A stretch of DNA of 64,000 nt from Omnitrophica WOR_2 bacterium GWF2_43_52 (lineage in GTDB: Bacteria; Omnitrophota; Gorgyraeia; Gygaellales; UBA12090): the NCBI GenBank assembly GCA_001805445.1, contig MHGF01000034.1:33929-97928 (forward strand). Direction: 5' to 3'. A program made the translations under genes and the position numbers. The notes beneath the pieces were generated by a model that saw only the letters and a list, made by a program, of their open reading frames with translations, did not search any database and was not told the DNA's origin. Within the stretch, counting starts at the first letter, position 1; every line of letters starts with the position of its first letter. Of this stretch, positions 1 through 10,954 are shown piece by piece.

Positions 1-1981
<1,981 letters not shown>

Positions 1982-1987
1982 TTTCCG

Positions 1988-3076
1988 CTATATCCTCATG
2001 GGCAAGACTATATAAACATAGCCGTTATCGCGGATTACCCCCGGTTTCTCTGAATCTGTAACCTCAAAATTGATACTTTCGTCCTGAAGATTTTTTAACA
2101 CATCGATAAGGTATGACGGATTAAACCCAATGGCTAACTCTTTTCCGGCATATTCCGAAAGCAGTTCCTCTCTTGACTCACCAATATCTGGTGTCGATTT
2201 TGAAATCACCAGTTTATTTTTAAAAACCTCCAATTTTACCGCCTGATAATCAAGCGTTGATAAGATCGCGGCTCGCCGCAGCGCGAGTAAGAATTTTTCG
2301 CGGTCAAGCAATAGTGCTTCTTTCTGCCGCTCAGGAATAACTTGGTGATAATCCGGAAATTCTCCTTCTATAAGGCGGGAAATAACCTGGACTGCTCCTA
2401 AGTCGAACAATGCCTGATTTTCTCCTAAGATAAGTGAAAGATCTCCCTCATCTGACAAGTTGCGGCTTAACTCATGGATTGTCTTGAGAGGAACGATCAT
2501 CTGTATTTTTTTGTTGCCGGATGATTTTAATTTTTTCTCAATTAAGGCCAGTCTTCTGCCATCGGTGGCGACAAGGAGAATTTTATCATTTTCTATTTTA
2601 AAGAGTATGCCGTTTAATACATACCGGGTTTCGTCATGTGATACCGCGAAGCTTGTTTTTCCCACCATCTCCTTTAACAGGCTTTGTTCTATTTTTATAA
2701 CTTCTTTTTCCTTAAATTCCGGAAGCTTCGGAAATTCTTCTTTAGGAAGCCCCATAATTTTAAATTCGCAGGTCTCTGTCTGTATGGTTACCATATTATT
2801 TTTCTTTACCGCGATCACTACCGGCCCGGAAGGTAGCTCATGAATGATTTCCGCGAATCTTTTTGAAGGAACCGTGATTGCGCCGTTTTCCACAACTTCC
2901 ACAGGATATTCACATGATATGCCGATATCCAAATCTGTGGTAATAAGCTTTATTTTTCCATCTGTTGCCTCTAAAAGCATATTTGATAAAATAGGCAGGC
3001 TCACCCGTGGAGTAACTATATTCTGGGTGATTTGAATATGGCTGAATAAGTTTTCTTTAGTGGTTTGAAACTTCAT
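1988..3076 (-). CDS. dnaN: DNA polymerase III beta sliding clamp
   Basis: MKFQTTKENLFSHIQITQNIVTPRVSLPILSNMLLEA... is a typical DnaN N-terminus. The start at MKF (3076) is preferred over the upstream in-frame M at 3094. Confidence 0.9.
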   Translation of the reverse strand: MKFQTTKENLFSHIQITQNIVTPRVSLPILSNMLLEATDGKIKLITTDLDIGISCEYPVEVVENGAITVPSKRFAEIIHELPSGPVVIAVKKNNMVTIQTETCEFKIMGLPKEEFPKLPEFKEKEVIKIEQSLLKEMVGKTSFAVSHDETRYVLNGILFKIENDKILLVATDGRRLALIEKKLKSSGNKKIQMIVPLKTIHELSRNLSDEGDLSLILGENQALFDLGAVQVISRLIEGEFPDYHQVIPERQKEALLLDREKFLLALRRAAILSTLDYQAVKLEVFKNKLVISKSTPDIGESREELLSEYAGKELAIGFNPSYLIDVLKNLQDESINFEVTDSEKPGVIRDNGYVYIVLPMRI

Positions 3077-3242
3077 GAAAGGCTCCTTAACCAAAAGTAC
3101 TATTATTAATAGTTTTTAAATAGAATAAATAGTATTGGTAGTAATGGGGTTTCGCTTCTGTTGAAAAACGTAAGGTTTACCCACACCTATATACAACAAA
3201 ACTGGAAAATTATCAACAAGAATCTTTGTATTAGCTGTGGAT

Positions 3243-4574
3243 TTACTGTTTAAGGAGTTGCATAATTTTTTCAATGTCATGCCTTATTTTTGAGTCTTTT
3301 TCTTTACACGTTTTTATTTTGTTATAGGAATGAAGCACTGTCGTATGGTCCTTGCCGCCAAAAAAACCGCCTATTTCCGGAAAAGAAAAACTGGTCAGCT
3401 CGCGGCAGAAATACATGGCGACCTGGCGCGCCAAAACGATATTTTTATCCCTTTTGCTGCCTTTTAAGTCCTGGAGGCCAAAATGATAAAAATCGCTTAC
3501 CTGCTTTTGAATTAACTCAATGGTAATCGTTTTGGTGTTTTCTTTAAGCTGGTCCTTTAATACCTCTTTTGCTAATGCCAGGGTTATGGGTTTATTTTCT
3601 AAGAGCGAATACGCGAGCACCCGGATTAACGCGCCCTCAAGCTCCCGGATATTGGATTTAAGCGTTTGGGCGATAAAAAAGATAACCTCGTCGGGAATTG
3701 TGGTTGATTCATGCTCAATTTTTTTCTTTAAAATCGCGACTCTGGTTTCAAAATCCGGAGGCTGGACATCGGTAATCAGCCCCCAACCGAAACGCGAAAC
3801 GAGGCGCTCTTCAAGGTTAGATATATCTTTCGGCGTGCGGTCAGAGCAGATAATAATCTGTTTATGGGCGTCATGCAAAGCGTTAAAGGTATGGAAGAAT
3901 TCTTCCTGAGTAGCTTCCTTGCCGGCGATAAAATGGATATCGTCAATTACCAAGACATCAATAGTGCGGTATTTCTGGCGGAAACGGTTGGTTGAATGAT
4001 GTTGGATAGCGTCAATAAGCTCATTGGTGAATTTTTCAGAGGTGATATAGCATATTTTCATGTTTTGGCCTTCACGCTTTAAAATAGCGTGGCAGATTGC
4101 CTGCATCAGGTGCGTTTTGCCTAATCCTACGCCGCCATAAATGAAAAGAGGGTTATATGTCTTTGCGGGAGCTTCGCTCACGGCAATAGCCGCGGCATGT
4201 GAAAAACGGTTAGAAGGGCCAACCACGAAGTTCTCAAAGGTATAGCGCGGATTTAAATTTATAGAAGACGCGTTTTTTTCAGAAGGAGCGCTTTTAACAG
4301 AAGATGAAAGTTCCGCCTTAGGAGCAGGACGGCATAAGACCGAGAATTCAATCTGAATCCCCTTGGGGGTAAATCTGTTTAAGGCGTCTTCGATTAACGA
4401 ACGGTAATGTTTCTTTACCCAGTCTTTGGAAAATTCATCCGGCGCGCCTAAAACCAGAGTGTCAGAATTCGACTCTCTGGCTTCTAATCTATTGATCCAG
4501 GCTTCGCAGGCAGCTTCTCCGATGTTTTTTGAAAGAACCTCTTTTGCCTTTACCCAAGATTCTACAAGACTCAT
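3243..4574 (-). CDS. dnaA: chromosomal replication initiator DnaA
   Basis: MSLVESW... (compare E. coli MSLSLWQQ), Walker A GGVGLGKTHLMQAI, AAA+ and a C-terminal DNA-binding domain. The ORF track extends to a GTG at 4586, but the ATG at 4574 fits DnaA N-termini. Confidence 0.9.
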   Translation of the reverse strand: MSLVESWVKAKEVLSKNIGEAACEAWINRLEARESNSDTLVLGAPDEFSKDWVKKHYRSLIEDALNRFTPKGIQIEFSVLCRPAPKAELSSSVKSAPSEKNASSINLNPRYTFENFVVGPSNRFSHAAAIAVSEAPAKTYNPLFIYGGVGLGKTHLMQAICHAILKREGQNMKICYITSEKFTNELIDAIQHHSTNRFRQKYRTIDVLVIDDIHFIAGKEATQEEFFHTFNALHDAHKQIIICSDRTPKDISNLEERLVSRFGWGLITDVQPPDFETRVAILKKKIEHESTTIPDEVIFFIAQTLKSNIRELEGALIRVLAYSLLENKPITLALAKEVLKDQLKENTKTITIELIQKQVSDFYHFGLQDLKGSKRDKNIVLARQVAMYFCRELTSFSFPEIGGFFGGKDHTTVLHSYNKIKTCKEKDSKIRHDIEKIMQLLKQ

Positions 4575-4578
4575 GGTT

Positions 4579-4607
4579 TTTTCCACAGTATCAACAGTTT
4601 ATCCACA
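4579..4607. promoter_or_regulatory. DnaA box pair (TTTTCCACA and perfect TTATCCACA) immediately upstream of dnaA
   Basis: ttttccaca at 4579-4587 and ttatccaca at 4599-4607, read directly from the sequence. Consistent with dnaA autoregulation or part of oriC. Confidence 0.5.
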
Positions 4608-4937
4608 GAAACAAAAGACAAAAATTCTCGCTTTTCCCTAATGGCATAAGAATGTAAAGCACTAGGCTTTATTGTGTACGCAATCGTGAATAGATGGCTA
4701 TAGAGAATAAAACAATTAGGGAATTAGAGTTGCGGGATTAAATACTCTCTTCTCGAACTCCTCAACGTCGCACCCAGGAATTAAGCTTTTCGTATAACCG
4801 GAAAATAATTATAGCAGGAATAGAAACCATTGCAAGTAAAAAATTAATGGTTCTATGAGAAAAAGAGGCTAGATAGAAAAATGGCTTGTTGTTTGTCTGG
4901 AACGTCTTTACTTGCAAATTCCTGAAGGTATGTACTC

Positions 4938-5190
4938 CACTAGTACACCGTGACATAAATTACTGTTATATAGGGCGGAGGTCCTGTCAAGGTTATGTCT
5001 TCGCGGGGACGAACGGCTCAGCTCCTGCGGCAGGCCTCACTCGGCGTAAATTTCTGCACGCCTCGCTCACCGCTCGGCGGCCAAGCTGCAAAAATTTCCG
5101 TACGCCCCGCTCACACATAACCTTGCCACCCCCGCTTTCAAGATAAAGCGCGGTAGCATGAATTTATGTCATAACGCACTAGTGTATAGG
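4938..5190 (+). repeat. MITE-like repeat family A, copy 1 (~250 bp, imperfect terminal inverted repeats, highly structured core)
   Basis: Left end cactagtacaccgtgacataaatt, right end catgaatttatgtcataacgcactagtg (inverted). Core gggcggaggtcctgtcaaggttatgtcttcgcgggg...gcaaaaatttccgtacgccccgctcacacataac shared with 54905-55127 and, inverted, 34271-34513. Confidence 0.6.
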
Positions 5191-5241
5191 TAGGCAAAAT
5201 TCAGAATTAAGGCCGTTGTTTGGGTGCGGATAGAAAAGGGC

Positions 5242-5913
5242 TTATTCGTTGGAAAACGTGTACGCGGTTAAATGCAGGACGATTGCTTGGAGGGGGACAA
5301 TTTCTTTTTTACGTTCAATAGCGATATGTTCAATGGTAATCATTCTTTCCAGGGTATGGATTTTTTGCAATAGCGCAAGCAGTTGAGCATAGGTACCGTT
5401 AAACGTCATTTCAAAACGCAAAGGCTTTAAGGTTTGCGCAGTTGCCTGGTACGAGACCGTTTGCGTTTCTTGGCTAACCATGGTGTCACCTGTTTCTTCG
5501 TCAGCCATCGGTGCCCCCTGGGTTTCAATTCCGAAAGTATTCTCTGCGAGGCTCTCTTCTTTGACGCGAAAACCTGCTTTTTGCAGCCCTAAGGTATCAG
5601 CTATGGTAGTGAGGGTTTTGATGAGGCTAAAAGGGTGTTTTTCATCAAGAGGAACCTGTTTAAGTATCGCCGCTTCTTTTTCGGTTAAGTCCTGGGCCTG
5701 GCGTTCTAATTTTTTTAAATGTTTACTGGTTTTTTGAGCCCTGGCAAGTTCCACCTTTTTTTCAACAAGGGTTTTTTTTAAGCCTATACTTGTTGTCGTC
5801 TGCCACAGGCAGATGGCTACGAGGCCAAGAAGCACTATTACCAGCAGCGTATTTTTGATAAACTGCTTTTTGTCTTTTATTTCTAACTTAAGAGAAATGT
5901 TTGTGTCAAACAC
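5242..5913 (-). CDS. pilO: type IV pilus assembly protein PilO-like (single TM, coiled coil, C-terminal domain)
   Basis: TM segment TLLVIVLLGLVAICLW followed by a coiled coil. Lies directly downstream of the pilM-pilN fusion. Confidence 0.55.
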   Translation of the reverse strand: MFDTNISLKLEIKDKKQFIKNTLLVIVLLGLVAICLWQTTTSIGLKKTLVEKKVELARAQKTSKHLKKLERQAQDLTEKEAAILKQVPLDEKHPFSLIKTLTTIADTLGLQKAGFRVKEESLAENTFGIETQGAPMADEETGDTMVSQETQTVSYQATAQTLKPLRFEMTFNGTYAQLLALLQKIHTLERMITIEHIAIERKKEIVPLQAIVLHLTAYTFSNE

Positions 5914-5923
5914 CGACGACTCC

Positions 5924-7747
5924 TTATTGCGATTGCGCGGGAACGGCTATTTGGGCATTAAGCGAAAATATCCTGGTTTGGGATTTGGTTAACCCGGTTA
6001 CCTTGCCTGTCTGCGTGTTTCTTTGAGGGCTAATCTCTTCTAACTGCAAGTCTGAAGCGGTAATATTTTTTAAATAGGGTATGTTCTCTAAGTTGCCGCG
6101 GAAACGTTTGATGAGGCCAAGCGCTGTTTCATAATCACTCACTACGGCAGCCGAAATGCTTAGACGATACGTTTCGGCAATAGCACCATAAGAAACATCC
6201 GGATTCTCCGCGGCCTCTTGCGCCATATCTGCAGCCTGTCCTTTAGCGATGGTTACGTGGGTTAAAAGAATGGCCTGAGGCGTACTTTTAGCCAAAGAGG
6301 CAAGGATTAAGAAGAAAGGAATTCTTTGGTTATGTATGGCTTCAATGGCCATTGTATCCTGGGTTATCTTTTTTTCCCGCCTGTCGAATTCCTTGAGGGT
6401 TTCGGCAACGTCTCTAACTATTGCCAAATCTGTTTCTATTGTGGCAAGCGCCTTGGTATATATCAGAGTGTGAACGAAGGCTATCGCCGAAAGCGTGGCA
6501 GTGCTACATACCAAAACGATAGCTGCAATAAGAAACCACAGGCGTTTTTTGGCATGTGTTTTTTTGGCTTTTAAATTTGGCGGCAGGAAATTAATTACCG
6601 CGATCTCTTTCTGTCCACAGCTTAAAGCAATGGCCGCGGCATTACTAAAAATAGGCGTCTGCGCATGGTTCTCGATACCGGTGCCATGTATCTGCATATT
6701 CTTAAAAGGATAGACTATCTGCCATTCACCGCCGAGCTGTTTGACCAAGAGCGCGATCAGGTTTTTAATATGGGCGCCGCCGCCTAAAAAGCAGATATGT
6801 TCCACCCTTCTACCTTCGGATTGTTCCTTATAAAACATAAGCGAACGCCTTAACTCATGAAGCATGCGTTCAATATGCGCCTGCCAGAGCGAACGTAATT
6901 CCAGGGCATTAATTTCCTCCAGTTCATTCTTACCGGCAGTATCAACGCTTGCCTCATATTTTTGGCGCATGATTTCTTCGGCAAGGGCAACTTTGTCTTT
7001 TAAATCAAAATCTACCTCAGGAATTCCCTTTTCTAGGAGTACTTCTTCCGTCCGGTTTTCGGAAAGGGCGAGGTTTTTAGCAAGATCTTTGATTATATCA
7101 TTGAGGCCAAACGCGGTATTCCTGAAAAAACTAAGTTTCCCTTCCCGCAGGATAGAGGTGTTGATAGAGAGCATTCCGATATCAACAAACGCGGTATCGG
7201 CATTTTTGTCGGCAAGGGCCTGCGCGGGAAGTAGAGAAAATAAGGCGGAGCTCGAGAATCCAATAAGTTCAGGCTCAAGGTGCAGGTATCCAAAGAGCTC
7301 AAGAAGGTGTTTTACCAGGGATATATCGGAACGGGCAACCATAACCTCATAGCGGGGAATTTTCGCGGTAATTCGCGAGCCAACAAGGAAATTCTCAAAA
7401 ATATGGTTTGGCCCTGACACAGGAATCATTTTACGCTTTGCCTCGGTCGTGGCTATCGCGGTAAGTTCATTTTTAGCAACCCGGGGAAGTAACAGCGTCA
7501 TGGCGCTTACCGCGTTTGAAGGCAAGGTGACGGCAATATGGGCAGCGCGGAGTTTTTCCTGCGGAATATGTTTGGTTGTCTCTTCCCAGAATATTTTTAT
7601 ATCAAGGGGATTCCCGCTTGCGGCGGCTTGTGAGAGATAGGGGGTTTTAAACTCAAGCCACGCGGTAAGCGTAATGGCGGGTTTACGTTCCAGAGCTACT
7701 ATCTTGGTGTAACGGCTTCCGATATCTATGCCGATATAATTTTCCAT
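5924..7747 (-). CDS. pilMN: PilM (actin-like ATPase) fused to PilN-like TM/coiled-coil domain
   Basis: N-terminus IGIDIGSRYTKIVALE (PilM), then TM WFLIAAIVLVCSTATLSAIAFV and a PilN-like periplasmic part; 607 aa. Confidence 0.75.
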   Translation of the reverse strand: MENYIGIDIGSRYTKIVALERKPAITLTAWLEFKTPYLSQAAASGNPLDIKIFWEETTKHIPQEKLRAAHIAVTLPSNAVSAMTLLLPRVAKNELTAIATTEAKRKMIPVSGPNHIFENFLVGSRITAKIPRYEVMVARSDISLVKHLLELFGYLHLEPELIGFSSSALFSLLPAQALADKNADTAFVDIGMLSINTSILREGKLSFFRNTAFGLNDIIKDLAKNLALSENRTEEVLLEKGIPEVDFDLKDKVALAEEIMRQKYEASVDTAGKNELEEINALELRSLWQAHIERMLHELRRSLMFYKEQSEGRRVEHICFLGGGAHIKNLIALLVKQLGGEWQIVYPFKNMQIHGTGIENHAQTPIFSNAAAIALSCGQKEIAVINFLPPNLKAKKTHAKKRLWFLIAAIVLVCSTATLSAIAFVHTLIYTKALATIETDLAIVRDVAETLKEFDRREKKITQDTMAIEAIHNQRIPFFLILASLAKSTPQAILLTHVTIAKGQAADMAQEAAENPDVSYGAIAETYRLSISAAVVSDYETALGLIKRFRGNLENIPYLKNITASDLQLEEISPQRNTQTGKVTGLTKSQTRIFSLNAQIAVPAQSQ

Positions 7748-7763
7748 GCGTTTTAGAGTTTTT

Positions 7764-8972
7764 TCATCCGCCCATCGCGTCTGACATCTTAAACATTGGC
7801 AGAAAGAGCGCGATCGCGATGCCTCCGACGATAAGCCCCATTAAAACAATCATTGCCGGTTCAAAAAAGGAAAACATCGTGCGTATGGTTGCCGGGACCT
7901 CGCGGTCATAAAATTGATTTACTTTTTCCAGAGTCTCGCCAAGCGAGCCGGATTGCTCCCCCACGTTAATCATTCTTAAGACAAGGGGAGGGAATTCTCC
8001 CGAAATCTGAAAGGATGTCCCGAGCTTTTCTCCCACATTTACCGAATCCCGTGCTTTTTCGATAGAGCGTTGGATACGCGTATTGCCCACTACTTCAGCC
8101 GCAAATTCTAAGGCGGTCAATATATTTACCCCTGATTTTAAGCCGAGGCTAAAGGTGTGGCAGAATCTGGAGATGGCGATTTTTCTGAGCAGGCCTCCGG
8201 CAATAGGAATCTTTAATTTTAGGCTGTCCAAGGCGTATTTGCCCTTTGGGGTGGCATTATAGAATTTATACCCGGCAATCAGGCCGATAACTATACCGGT
8301 AATTATATACCAGCTGCTACGGACAAAACGGCTGATATCTAAGACAATCTGGGTAGGCGCGGGAAGGGTTATGCGCATTTCTTTAAATATCGGCTCGAAG
8401 GTAGGGATCATTTTTACTACCAGAAGCGTTACCACCCCCATCATGACGCAAAAAAGAATCAAAGGATAGGTCGCGGCCTCAGTGATTTTTGCCTTTAATT
8501 CTAACTGCCATTCTAAGAGCCTTGCTAATTCATTGAGGCAGGCAGGCAGTTTTCCCGTGGATTCGCCTGCCCCCACGATCGCGGTATAGAGCTTAGGAAA
8601 AGAGCGGTATTGTATAGACAGGGCTTCTTTTAGGGAAGCGCCTGATTCCACGCGATAGCGGATATCGTCAATAAGCTTTTGCATGGTTTGTTTTGTTTCA
8701 TCCTGCGCTAAATCCCGAAGCGCTGCCACTAGAGGCACTCCGGCATCAAGCAGGGTGCCCATATGAATGGTAAAATTAAGCAGCTCTTTTGAGTTGAGGC
8801 GAAACAGCGTCGTGGTTTTACGCGCCTGTTCTTCAGAAAGCGTTTTATACTGGACAAGATAATAACCAAGGTTTGAGATTTTGTTGGAGAGGTCCACATC
8901 GTTATCCGCCATCATGGTGCCGCGGACGACTTTTCCCATAGTGTCCCGCGCGGTATACGAAAAGTTTTGCAT
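7764..8972 (-). CDS. pilC: type IV pilus inner-membrane platform protein PilC/GspF
   Basis: Two T2SS-F repeats, 402 aa, three TM segments, typical PilC layout. Confidence 0.85.
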   Translation of the reverse strand: MQNFSYTARDTMGKVVRGTMMADNDVDLSNKISNLGYYLVQYKTLSEEQARKTTTLFRLNSKELLNFTIHMGTLLDAGVPLVAALRDLAQDETKQTMQKLIDDIRYRVESGASLKEALSIQYRSFPKLYTAIVGAGESTGKLPACLNELARLLEWQLELKAKITEAATYPLILFCVMMGVVTLLVVKMIPTFEPIFKEMRITLPAPTQIVLDISRFVRSSWYIITGIVIGLIAGYKFYNATPKGKYALDSLKLKIPIAGGLLRKIAISRFCHTFSLGLKSGVNILTALEFAAEVVGNTRIQRSIEKARDSVNVGEKLGTSFQISGEFPPLVLRMINVGEQSGSLGETLEKVNQFYDREVPATIRTMFSFFEPAMIVLMGLIVGGIAIALFLPMFKMSDAMGG

Positions 8973-8974
8973 GG

Positions 8975-9415
8975 TTATTGTTCTCTCCAGCTCCAGGCTG
9001 CTTGAATATCGTTTGCAGTATCAATATTAGGAGTCTCGATGTTGGTAATTTGTAGGCTAATTTGTCTTTCGGCTATCGGGTTAGCCGCGGCATCTAAAGT
9101 CTGTCCTGCCGAAATAATGTTCCTATTGACGCCACCAAGAGTATTTACAGTATAGCCATATCTTCCACTGCCAAAGTTTTGCCATGGTGAGTTAAAAGGG
9201 AACAGGCCTCCGGGATTATTCCTGATCCAAATTTTAGCCTCTTCAATTCCAGCCTGCGCCAAATACAAGGCAATCAGCCCGTCCCTGTCAGATGAGCGGG
9301 TGCGTAGCTCCGATTCCCACATTGAAGCAAGCCCTGAGCCTAAAATAGCAAAGACAGCTGTAACAAAGAGGATAAAAATCATGGCCTGGCTTTTTACATT
9401 GCTAAATTGTTTCAT
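8975..9415 (-). CDS. PilX-like minor pilin / pseudopilin (N-terminal hydrophobic segment without canonical G|FTLIE)
   Basis: MKQFSNVKSQAMIFILFVTAVFAILGSG... Its N-terminal region is paralogous to that of the 31488..32597 product. Confidence 0.45.
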   Translation of the reverse strand: MKQFSNVKSQAMIFILFVTAVFAILGSGLASMWESELRTRSSDRDGLIALYLAQAGIEEAKIWIRNNPGGLFPFNSPWQNFGSGRYGYTVNTLGGVNRNIISAGQTLDAAANPIAERQISLQITNIETPNIDTANDIQAAWSWREQ

Positions 9416-9425
9416 TGTTAAATTG

Positions 9426-9797
9426 CTACACAGTTAACCGATCATTAGTAAATTTAATCAAGGAGTTGACTTCTTTAGGTAATCTCTCTAGTTCGCCAGA
9501 GATATGCAGATATTCGTTGTTTCCCAGCAATTTTCTTTTATTTGCTTTTTCCGCCCAATCCACGCTTTCCTCTATTGAACCATAACTGTAGCGATAGAAA
9601 TTAATCTTATCCTTCTTAAAATATCTCCCAAAACCTTCCGCGATATTAGCTGAGATAGAATCGACTGCTTTAACCAGTTGTCTACCCACGGTATCTTTAG
9701 CAAAATAATCCCATTTAATCACTATTCTCCAGATATAATTAGATAAATCAAAAGCAATTCTATAGGAACTCAAGTCTTTTAGCCCCAGATATTTCAT
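9426..9797 (-). CDS. four-helix-bundle protein (TIGR02436 / 23S rRNA IVS protein / Avd-like family)
   Basis: ...RQLVKAVDSISANIAEGFGRYFKKDKINFYRYSYGSIEES... carries the S(I/V).ANIAEG and GS..E signatures of the family; 123 aa. Confidence 0.7.
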   Translation of the reverse strand: MKYLGLKDLSSYRIAFDLSNYIWRIVIKWDYFAKDTVGRQLVKAVDSISANIAEGFGRYFKKDKINFYRYSYGSIEESVDWAEKANKRKLLGNNEYLHISGELERLPKEVNSLIKFTNDRLTV

Positions 9798-9827
9798 AAC
9801 AATTTAACCTTTTGACAATTTAGCAAT

Positions 9828-10418
9828 TTAATTCCTCGGCCTCACCTGCGTGCGCAGGGTGTAATCGCGGTTTTCCCTGCCGATCGGCAGCGTTGGTTGT
9901 GGGCGGACGGTGAGCTCAATAGTATACAATCCTCCTCCGGCATCGGTAAAAAGGGCGTTGCCGCTGGGATTAGGAAGGACAATAAAATTTGCTAATTCTT
10001 CCCAAGCGCTCCAGGCGCTCCAAAGAGGCCCCGGAGGGCCGGTTCTGGTTCTTTGTCTCCTTTGTATCTGCGCAGTCGCCCCTGCGGGCCTTCGAAATTG
10101 TACCTGAATATCTCCAATATCAACGTCATTGTCACCGTCAGAATCTCTGCCGAGCTGTATGCCGTTACCTACGAGGATAATCTGAGTTTGTGCCCATGCA
10201 GGAGCAGCGCTTACAGTGGCGTGTCTTACCTCGTTTGCCATAAATTCCATTGCCCAACGGGCATTCTGGACTAAATCAAGGGTGTTTCTTTGTTTGCGCC
10301 AGGCCTGTTGTACGGAGGAAAATATGCCGCTGGCTCCCGCCATAACCAATCCAAGGACGGCAATGGCGACTAATACTTCAAGTAAGGTAAAACCCTTTTC
10401 ATTGCTACATTGTTTCAT
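9828..10418 (-). CDS. type IV prepilin-like minor pilin
   Basis: MKQCSNEKG|FTLLEVLVAIAVLGLV is a class III signal with Glu at +5; 196 aa. Confidence 0.75.
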   Translation of the reverse strand: MKQCSNEKGFTLLEVLVAIAVLGLVMAGASGIFSSVQQAWRKQRNTLDLVQNARWAMEFMANEVRHATVSAAPAWAQTQIILVGNGIQLGRDSDGDNDVDIGDIQVQFRRPAGATAQIQRRQRTRTGPPGPLWSAWSAWEELANFIVLPNPSGNALFTDAGGGLYTIELTVRPQPTLPIGRENRDYTLRTQVRPRN

Positions 10419-10458
10419 GGCTAAATTGCTAAGCCTGTTAACAGTTTGACCGTTTGTT

Positions 10459-10902
10459 TTAATAATTCGCCTTTAAGGTTGATACGGAGATATTCCTTGC
10501 AATACTCCCATCTGTCCAATCAACAGTGGTATTTAGTAATTTTAGCTGCGCAGGGCTTATCGGGCCATCAGAAATTGTTAACGTAGGAGTATAGATAATA
10601 TTGTTAAGCGTAACTGCAGGGCGTCCGTTTACCTGGTTGGTTACTATACCATCAAGCCCATCTAACTGGTCAAGGCTTGTCCAATCCGAATACTGTTCCA
10701 GAACCGCTCGGGCTAAATTATAGGCAATAGTTTGCTGTTGGGTTTTTCTCGCGGCTTTGGCGCCTGCGGCAAACACACTAACCACAGTCCCTGCTACTAA
10801 TCCCAGAACAGCAATGGCAATGGCGACTTCAATGAGGCTGAAGCCCTTTATAACCATCTTTCTTTTTTTTAGCAGACCTGTGGCTAGTTGATATTGTTTC
10901 AT
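10459..10902 (-). CDS. type IV prepilin-like protein
   Basis: ...VIKG|FSLIEVAIAIAVLGLVAG. Long leader if it starts at MKQ; the alternative start MVIKG gives a 5-aa leader. Confidence 0.7.
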   Translation of the reverse strand: MKQYQLATGLLKKRKMVIKGFSLIEVAIAIAVLGLVAGTVVSVFAAGAKAARKTQQQTIAYNLARAVLEQYSDWTSLDQLDGLDGIVTNQVNGRPAVTLNNIIYTPTLTISDGPISPAQLKLLNTTVDWTDGSIARNISVSTLKANY

Positions 10903-10954
10903 GGTTAAAATGCTATAAGCAATTTAGCAATTGAGCAGTTTGACAGTTTAAGGC

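Noticed and set aside
4762-5146. ORFs 4762..4956 (-) and 4886..5146 (+), and likewise 34203..34502 (-) and 54868..55137 (+)
   Set aside because: They fall entirely inside copies of MITE family A. Their conserved protein sequence (..RKFLHASLTARRPSCKNFRTPRSHITLPPPLS) is just the translated repeat, present in both orientations.
9426-9797. Diversity-generating retroelement (because the four-helix-bundle protein belongs to the Avd-like family)
   Set aside because: No reverse transcriptase ORF and no template/variable repeat pair with adenine-specific differences is present anywhere in the 64 kb.
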